From assembly GCA_043808095.1 (NCBI GenBank), contig JAZDFF010000001.1, positions 1,628-65,627 of the forward strand: a stretch of 64,000 nt of DNA, in the 5' to 3' direction. The translations under genes were made by a program, and so were the position numbers. Below, piece after piece: positions 59,182-64,000 of the stretch (position 1 is the stretch's first letter; each line of letters begins with the position of its first letter). The stretch comes from Candidatus Omnitrophota bacterium (GTDB lineage: Bacteria > Omnitrophota > Gorgyraeia > JAZDFF01). The notes below the pieces were generated by a model that saw nothing but the letters and a program-made list of their open reading frames with translations, had not been told where the DNA came from and searched no databases.

Positions 59182-61272
59182 ATGGCAATCGAACGTGTTG
59201 AATTAAAATTCGGACAAGAGACCCTAATTTTGGAGACGGGAAAACTCGCCCGTCAGGCAAATGGTGCGGTTTGCGTTACTTTTGGCGGGACCGTGGTTTT
59301 GGTCTCAGCCTGTGTCTCAAAGACAGTAAGGCTGGAGACTAATTTCCTGCCTTTGACCGTCGAATATCAGGAAAAGACCTATGCCGCAGGAAAGATTCCC
59401 GGCGGATTCTTTAAGAGAGAGGGTCGTCCTTCGGAAAATGAGATTTTAACTGCAAGACTTATTGACCGTCCCATAAGACCTCTTTTTCCTAAAGGCTTTG
59501 TCAATGAGGTTCAGATAATGGGTCTAGTTTTGTCCAGTGACGGGGAAAACGATCCCGACATCCTAGCGGTAATCGGCGCCTCCGCAGCCTTATCCATATC
59601 AGATATCCCCTTTGAGGGGCCTTTGGGAATCTGCCGCGTCGGCCACCTAAACGGCGAATTTATCCTAAATCCTACATATAAACAGGTAGAGGAAGGCAAA
59701 TTTGATGTTGTGGTAGCAGGTACCAAAGACGGGGTGATAATGCTTGAGGCAAGGGCTAATGAGGCCAAAGAGGACCTGGTCTTTGAGGCGATAAACTTCG
59801 GCTATAATAATCTCAAGTCAGTGATTTCTTGTCAGGAAGAGCTCCTTTGCACTTCGGCTGAGACTAAGATGCAGGTTAAGCTTAAGACATTTGACCCTGA
59901 GCTTATTAGTATTATTGAATCGAAATATAATGATCGGCTTGATTCTATTTTTCAGATTAAAGATAATATCTCAAGGCAAGAGGCCAACAGCCTACTGGCT
60001 GAGGAATTATTTGATTCCTTAAATACTGAATCCGCCAAGTATGCCAAAAAGGATATCATAGAAACGATTGAAGAAATCGAAGGCCATAAATTACGATCGT
60101 TTATTTTATCGCATTCTAAAAGAGTAGACGGCCGCGCCCTGGATGAGATCCGGCCGATTAATTGCTCCATCGGAGTGCTGCCGCGTACACACGGCTCAGG
60201 TATTTTTACCCGGGGTTCTACTCAGAGCCTCTGTGTAACTACTTTAGGAAGCGCCTCCGATGAACAGATGATTGAGGCCTTGGAAGGTGAGACCTCCAAA
60301 TCTTTTATGCTCCATTACAGTTTTCCGCCTTTTAGCGTTGGCGAAATTAAGCCGGTAAGAGGCCCGGGAAGGCGCGAGATCGGCCACGGCGCACTCGCAG
60401 AGAAGTCTTTGCGCGCGGTGATGCCTTCTAAGGAAGAATTCCCTTATACGGTAAGAGTAGTTTCCGAAATTTTAGAATCAAACGGTTCCTCAAGCATGGC
60501 CACGGTCTGCGCAGGGACGCTGGCGCTTTTGGATGCAGGCGTGCCTATAAAGGCACCGGTTGCCGGAGTGGCCTTAGGCCTGATTAAGGAACAAAATAAA
60601 GAGATCATATTGACCGACATCGCCGGGCTTGAAGATCATTTCGGGGATATGGATTTTAAGGCTGCCGGCACAAAAGACGGCATTACTGCTGTGCAACTCG
60701 ACCTTAAGATAAGAGGCATTAGCCTCAACCTGATAAAAGAGGCCCTTATTAGGTCACGGCAAGGCAGACTTTTTATTCTCGATAAAATGGCGCAGGTGAT
60801 TAATAAACCCAGAGAGTCGCTATCGAAATATGCCCCGCGCATCCATATCCTGAAGATTAATCCCGAGCGCATCGGAGAGCTCATAGGGCCGGGCGGTAAG
60901 ACCATAAAAAAGATTATTAATACTACCGGAGTAAGCGTAGATATCGAGGACGACGGCAGCGTAATGGTTGCTTCAACCGATGCCAAGGCCTCGGAAGAAG
61001 CGATTTCGATGATTAAGGCCCTTACCGAAGATGCCGAGGTAGGAAAGATTTATAAAGGACGCATCAAGAAGATTACCAATTTCGGAGCGTTCTGTGAGAT
61101 TATGCCGGGAAAAGAAGGTCTTATTCATGTCTCGGAATTATCCGATAAGTTTGTGAAAAATGTCGAAGACGTGGTTAAGCTTGGCGATGAGGTGAAGGTA
61201 AAGCTAGTCAATATCGATGAGATGGGCAGGCTTAATTTAAGCATTAAACAAGCTCCGCCAGAGAGTCAATAA
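59182..61272 (+). CDS. pnp: Polynucleotide phosphorylase
   Basis: Two RNase PH domains, KH domain and C-terminal S1 domain; rpsO-pnp synteny. Confidence 0.97.
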   Translation: MAIERVELKFGQETLILETGKLARQANGAVCVTFGGTVVLVSACVSKTVRLETNFLPLTVEYQEKTYAAGKIPGGFFKREGRPSENEILTARLIDRPIRPLFPKGFVNEVQIMGLVLSSDGENDPDILAVIGASAALSISDIPFEGPLGICRVGHLNGEFILNPTYKQVEEGKFDVVVAGTKDGVIMLEARANEAKEDLVFEAINFGYNNLKSVISCQEELLCTSAETKMQVKLKTFDPELISIIESKYNDRLDSIFQIKDNISRQEANSLLAEELFDSLNTESAKYAKKDIIETIEEIEGHKLRSFILSHSKRVDGRALDEIRPINCSIGVLPRTHGSGIFTRGSTQSLCVTTLGSASDEQMIEALEGETSKSFMLHYSFPPFSVGEIKPVRGPGRREIGHGALAEKSLRAVMPSKEEFPYTVRVVSEILESNGSSSMATVCAGTLALLDAGVPIKAPVAGVALGLIKEQNKEIILTDIAGLEDHFGDMDFKAAGTKDGITAVQLDLKIRGISLNLIKEALIRSRQGRLFILDKMAQVINKPRESLSKYAPRIHILKINPERIGELIGPGGKTIKKIINTTGVSVDIEDDGSVMVASTDAKASEEAISMIKALTEDAEVGKIYKGRIKKITNFGAFCEIMPGKEGLIHVSELSDKFVKNVEDVVKLGDEVKVKLVNIDEMGRLNLSIKQAPPESQ

Positions 61273-61507
61273 GTCTTGATATATGCTGGCGGCAAGAACC
61301 CAGCCAGTACAGGCCATTCTTATATTGCCTTGTCAAATAAAGATCACTTTGATTCCAGTGATTAAAATGTAGATTCCAGAGATTATTTTCCATCGGAAAC
61401 ACTGGAATCTTTTTGCTATAGGCTGGATCCCGCTTTGGTTAAAGGTGAAAGCGGGAAAAATCGCTGTAATCAATTTAGCAATCACTGTAATCATTCTTTA
61501 AAAATAA

Positions 61508-63724
61508 ATGAAGAAAAAACGATTAGACGAGATAAAAGGCATAATCCTTTTTTCCCTAGGCGTTTTAGTTTTAGCAAGCCTTATTTCCTATACCCCCAAT
61601 GACCTTTCGTTTTATACCTCAAGTCCCAATGTTCCCGCTAAAAATCTTGTCAGGATTTTCGGCGCTTATTTATCCGGGCTATTGTTTTTCCTTATCGGAT
61701 GGTCGTCTTACTTTCTTGTTGTGCTTATTTTTCTCTGGGCTAAGGAACAGTTCAGCGGTAAATTAGAAAAATTTAGTATATTTAAAATATTCGGCCTGGT
61801 GGTTTTCTTTCTATCGCTGAGTTCATTACTAGCCCTTTTTGGAGGGTTAGATGCCGGTTTAATCTTTAAAAGGGCGGGGTTTGTCGGTTGGAGATTTTGT
61901 GATTATCTTTTGAGATTTTTCGGCCGAGTCGGCTCTTCGGTTGTCTTAATTACACTGATTTTACTTTCTCTAAGTCTTGCCATTGAGGAATTCCTTCCCT
62001 CGTCTTTATTTTTGAGATTAAGGCAAATATATGATAGGTTCTATAATCTGGCAATCTCCAAGCTCTTTAGATTTAGAAAGAAAAAAGCAGAAAAAGAAGA
62101 GCTAGAAGAGCCAAGGTTAGTTATTAAGCCTAGACCGATAATTCCCAAAGAAGAATTTAAGGAACCTCCTAAGATAATCGTATCTACCCCAAGTGTAAAA
62201 ATTAAGACAGAAAAACCCCTTTCGCCTGCCAAGCCCAGACCTCAAGAAGTAAAAATCGGAGATTACCAACTCCCCAGTTTAGATTTGTTGGAATCCCCAC
62301 CGCCCTTGGCTGCGCGCCAGATCAAGGACGATTTAACCACAAACGCACGGATCCTGAAAGAAACTTTATCAGATTTTGGCATATCGGTTAAGGTAAGTAA
62401 TATTGAGAGAGGTCCGGTAATTACCCGTTATGAAGTAGAGCCTGCACCCGGAGTAAAAATTCATAAGATTGTCAGTCTAAGCGATGATATTTCCCTGGCT
62501 ATGAAGGCGCAGTCAGTAAGGATTGTTGCGCCTATCCCAGGCAAAGGCCTGGTGGGAGTCGAGGTACCCAATACCCAGTCGAGCCTGGTCTATCTTAAAG
62601 AGGTGCTTTCTACGGATGAATTTGTAAAATCAAACTCTAAATTGGCTCTGGCCTTAGGAAAGGATATCACGGGAAAACCAGTAGTCACTGATCTCTGCGA
62701 TATGCCGCATCTTTTGATTGCCGGAACTACCGGTTCGGGAAAGACTGTTTGCGTAAACTCTTTGGTGATGTCCATACTCTATAAGGCCACGCCCTCGGAA
62801 GTAAAATTCATTATGGTTGATCCCAAGATGGTGGAACTTGCGCCTTTTAATGGCCTGCCGCATCTTATTTGTCCGGTAGTGACTGATGCCAAAAAAGTAT
62901 CTGCAGCCCTAAATTGGGTGGTCAATGAGATGGAAGAGCGCTACACCTTACTTGCTAAAGAGAGCGTGAGAAACATTGATGCCTATAATGAGAGGCATGA
63001 GAAGCTTCCTTATATTATGGTCATCGTAGATGAATTAGCAGATTTAATGGTCGTGGCAGCAAATCAGATTGAGAATGCGATTACAAGGCTTGCCCAGCTT
63101 TCCCGGGCTGTGGGAATTCACCTTGTCTTAGCGACACAGCGGCCGTCGGTAGATGTAATTACCGGGGTAATCAAGGCCAATTTTCCCGCACGTATTTCTT
63201 TTAAGGTGGCATCCAAAGTTGATTCGCGCACTGTCTTGGATATGAACGGAGCGGATAAACTTTTAGGAAAAGGCGATATGCTCTTTCTAAAGCCCGGCCA
63301 GTCAAAACCCATCCGGGCGCAAGGAAGCTTGCTGAAGGATAAAGAGATTGAGAATGTGGTTAATTTTATTAAGGCGCAGGGCGAACCCGTTTTTAACGAG
63401 GATATCCTCAAAGAACAGACCAAATCCCTTAGTTTCGGTGATTTCGAAAAGGATGAATTATTTGATGAGGCGGTAAGGCTGATTTTAGAAAGTAACCAGG
63501 CCTCGGTATCCATACTGCAGAGAAGGATGCGCCTGGGTTATACTCGCGCCGCGCGTCTTATTGATATGATGGAACAGGAAAGTATTGTCGGGCCTTATCA
63601 GGGCAGTAAGCCCCGCAAGATTCTAGTCGACAGAAAAGCTTGGCTTATAGAGCACGGCTTTAAGATTCTGGGCGAACAGGTTGACGAAGAAGTCGAGGAA
63701 GAAGAAGAGGCGGCAGAGGGATAA
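61508..63724 (+). CDS. ftsK: DNA translocase FtsK
   Basis: N-terminal TM segments, Pro/Lys-rich linker, motor domain (HLLIAGTTGSGKTV, VIVDELADLM) and C-terminal gamma winged helix. Confidence 0.95.
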   Translation: MKKKRLDEIKGIILFSLGVLVLASLISYTPNDLSFYTSSPNVPAKNLVRIFGAYLSGLLFFLIGWSSYFLVVLIFLWAKEQFSGKLEKFSIFKIFGLVVFFLSLSSLLALFGGLDAGLIFKRAGFVGWRFCDYLLRFFGRVGSSVVLITLILLSLSLAIEEFLPSSLFLRLRQIYDRFYNLAISKLFRFRKKKAEKEELEEPRLVIKPRPIIPKEEFKEPPKIIVSTPSVKIKTEKPLSPAKPRPQEVKIGDYQLPSLDLLESPPPLAARQIKDDLTTNARILKETLSDFGISVKVSNIERGPVITRYEVEPAPGVKIHKIVSLSDDISLAMKAQSVRIVAPIPGKGLVGVEVPNTQSSLVYLKEVLSTDEFVKSNSKLALALGKDITGKPVVTDLCDMPHLLIAGTTGSGKTVCVNSLVMSILYKATPSEVKFIMVDPKMVELAPFNGLPHLICPVVTDAKKVSAALNWVVNEMEERYTLLAKESVRNIDAYNERHEKLPYIMVIVDELADLMVVAANQIENAITRLAQLSRAVGIHLVLATQRPSVDVITGVIKANFPARISFKVASKVDSRTVLDMNGADKLLGKGDMLFLKPGQSKPIRAQGSLLKDKEIENVVNFIKAQGEPVFNEDILKEQTKSLSFGDFEKDELFDEAVRLILESNQASVSILQRRMRLGYTRAARLIDMMEQESIVGPYQGSKPRKILVDRKAWLIEHGFKILGEQVDEEVEEEEEAAEG

Positions 63725-63840
63725 TATAGTACGATGTAAATTTAAAAGAGATTCTATATGCACAGATTAGCACAGATATCGACGGAGAAATATGTACTCA
63801 TCTGTATAATCATAACTTTATTTAGTTGACAGGTGAATAT

Positions 63841-64000
63841 ATGGAGTCCATTGGAGAAAGATTAAAAAAAACAAGAGAATCAAAGAAACTTTCTTTAGCA
63901 GAGGTCTCTAAAAAGACCACGATAAATCTTGATATCCTGACTGCCTTAGAAGAAGACAGGTTTAATATTCTTAATAAAGTCTATATCAAGGGATTCTTAA
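63841..64000 (+). CDS. HTH (XRE-like) domain protein, 3'-partial; RodZ-like N-terminus
   Basis: MESIGERLKKTRESKKLSLAEVSKKTTINLDILTALEED is XRE/RodZ-type; runs off the window end. Confidence 0.45.
   Translation, partial: MESIGERLKKTRESKKLSLAEVSKKTTINLDILTALEEDRFNILNKVYIKGFL

Noticed and set aside
1-64000. CRISPR array, rRNA genes, integrase/transposase-bearing mobile element
   Set aside because: No regularly spaced direct repeats with unique spacers, no rRNA-like conserved sequences and no integrase/transposase ORF were found. The abundant repeats are short palindromic word families, not CRISPR repeats.

Overview
This 64-kb chromosomal window comes from a low-GC Gram-negative bacterium (an LptD homologue indicates an outer membrane); its lineage is unknown. 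Most of the + strand is housekeeping genes: miaA, hflX, accD, trpBA, argS, recJ, rpmB (– strand), rpsO, pnp and ftsK. It also carries a heat-shock operon with two regulators: an HspR-like MerR regulator, then a CIRCE element, then hrcA-grpE-dnaK-dnaJ. A 9-gene cluster (20.3-29.1 kb) encodes nucleotide-sugar enzymes for the UDP-glucuronate/UDP-xylose and dTDP-rhamnose pathways. No rRNA, tRNA or CRISPR array was found. The most unusual region is 29.1-37.7 kb. It holds three short type-IV prepilin-like genes, an orphan Avd-like four-helix-bundle gene (the accessory protein of diversity-generating retroelements, but with no reverse transcriptase in the window), and three tandem PilX-like secreted proteins of 538-544 aa. 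The three paralogs share near-identical N-terminal pilin-type anchors (~88% nucleotide identity) and a conserved C-terminal motif (...GLYNISTSNWQEQ), but their Cys-rich middles are completely divergent. A fourth, promoter-bearing but truncated N-terminal copy follows. The locus is bracketed by long direct repeats (29811-30150 and 37321-37570) built from MITE-like elements and CCAAT/ATTGG-word palindromes. This looks like a cassette-type surface-variation locus. Other notable features are a 1956-aa secreted protein (C25/gingipain-like peptidase, FG-GAP beta-propeller, parallel beta-helix), a candidate small RNA with a perfect sigma70 promoter and intrinsic terminator (52321-52465), two tandem GGDEF diguanylate cyclases, and an orphan MalK-like ABC ATPase. 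The palindromic 10-mer CGGGATCCCG is strongly over-represented and occurs only in intergenic DNA. Nearly all intergenic DNA is built from a small vocabulary of palindromic word repeats, several of which look like insertable MITE-like units and conserved gene leaders.
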